This document shows, piece by piece, positions 63,491-64,000 of a DNA stretch of 64,000 bases. The stretch spans positions 26,488,607 through 26,552,606 of the forward strand of contig NC_068991.1 in the NCBI RefSeq assembly GCF_001194135.2, in the 5' to 3' direction. Origin of the DNA: Octopus bimaculoides. Taxonomy: Eukaryota. The first letter of the stretch is position 1, and the number at the start of each line of letters is the position of its first letter. The position numbers and the translations under genes were made by a program. The notes below the pieces were generated by a model that worked only from the letters and a program-made list of their open reading frames with translations, was not told where the DNA came from and searched no databases.

Positions 63491-63820
63491 GTATAGTTAT
63501 AATTATTATTATTGTTATTGCCTTTGCACAGCTTCTAACGCTGGAGATGTACTACGGTGTCAGCTGTTCACTACCAGTGAACTAAGGTAATACCCCTTAT
63601 TTTTCGAGCATCTTCCGGAGTATTTTTTGTTCCAAGCAGTGCTGTTTTCTGCAAGTGCTCCACCCTTATTGCAGCCCCTATTTGTTCCATGGACTTCTCA
63701 AGATTTTGACTCACTGTTCTTAAGGCTCGGACAATTATTGGTTCTACGACATGCTATATCTATGATCCAGCATAGTTTGCCTTATTTTTCTGGCTTGCTA
63801 ATCTCTATCTCATGGTCGCA
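63490..63820 (-). mobile_element. R4/Dong-like 3' end, same subfamily as 40940-41340
   Basis: Reverse complement closely matches 40940-41340 (gaccatgagatagaga...ggaacaaataggggctgcaataagggtggagcactt...gaacagctgacacc...gctgtgcaaag), with TAA repeats at both ends on its own strand. Confidence 0.9.
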
Positions 63821-63823
63821 CTC

Positions 63824-63879
<56 letters not shown>

Positions 63880-63930
63880 GTTATTGTTGTTGGTGTTGGT
63901 GTTGTTATTATTATTATTATTATTATTATT
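63824..63930. repeat. (TAT)n/(TGT)n microsatellite
   Basis: Directly visible. Confidence 0.95.
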
Positions 63931-64000
63931 GTTTAGTAGTTTTATTTTTATAACGTGCTTTCACTTCACTACCGAGCGCAGCTCTGTGCGCCTTAGGTAT

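Overview
AT-rich animal genomic DNA with many N gaps flanked by (TA)n/(CA)n/(TATG)n/(GA)n microsatellites. The repeat families and short-read-style gaps suggest an octopus/coleoid assembly (inference). I found no intact protein-coding gene; most listed ORFs are microsatellite or N-run artefacts. The window is mostly decayed transposons: mariner, a maT/Tc1-like element, an internally deleted Chapaev3-like element with intact TIRs and TAA TSD, RTE LINE pieces, at least 8 R4/Dong-like LINE fragments tied to (TAA)n, a Tx1/L1-like ORF1 element, a Penelope GIY-YIG remnant, a Helentron-type HINE, three tRNA-derived SINE families, MITEs and a tRNA-Lys pseudogene. Two long palindromes carry hammerhead-ribozyme-like cores. 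The most unexpected signal is a series of + strand, splice-bounded or motif-bearing segments (some with stops or frameshifts). They read in order as WSC-like (14.2 kb), PKD-repeat-like (34.4 kb), REJ-like (38-46 kb), GAIN-like (49.6 kb) and GPS/post-GPS-like (62.9 kb). This is the architecture of a polycystin-1/REJ-family gene, probably a fossil spread over about 50 kb. All protein assignments are by-eye motif matches and need profile searches.
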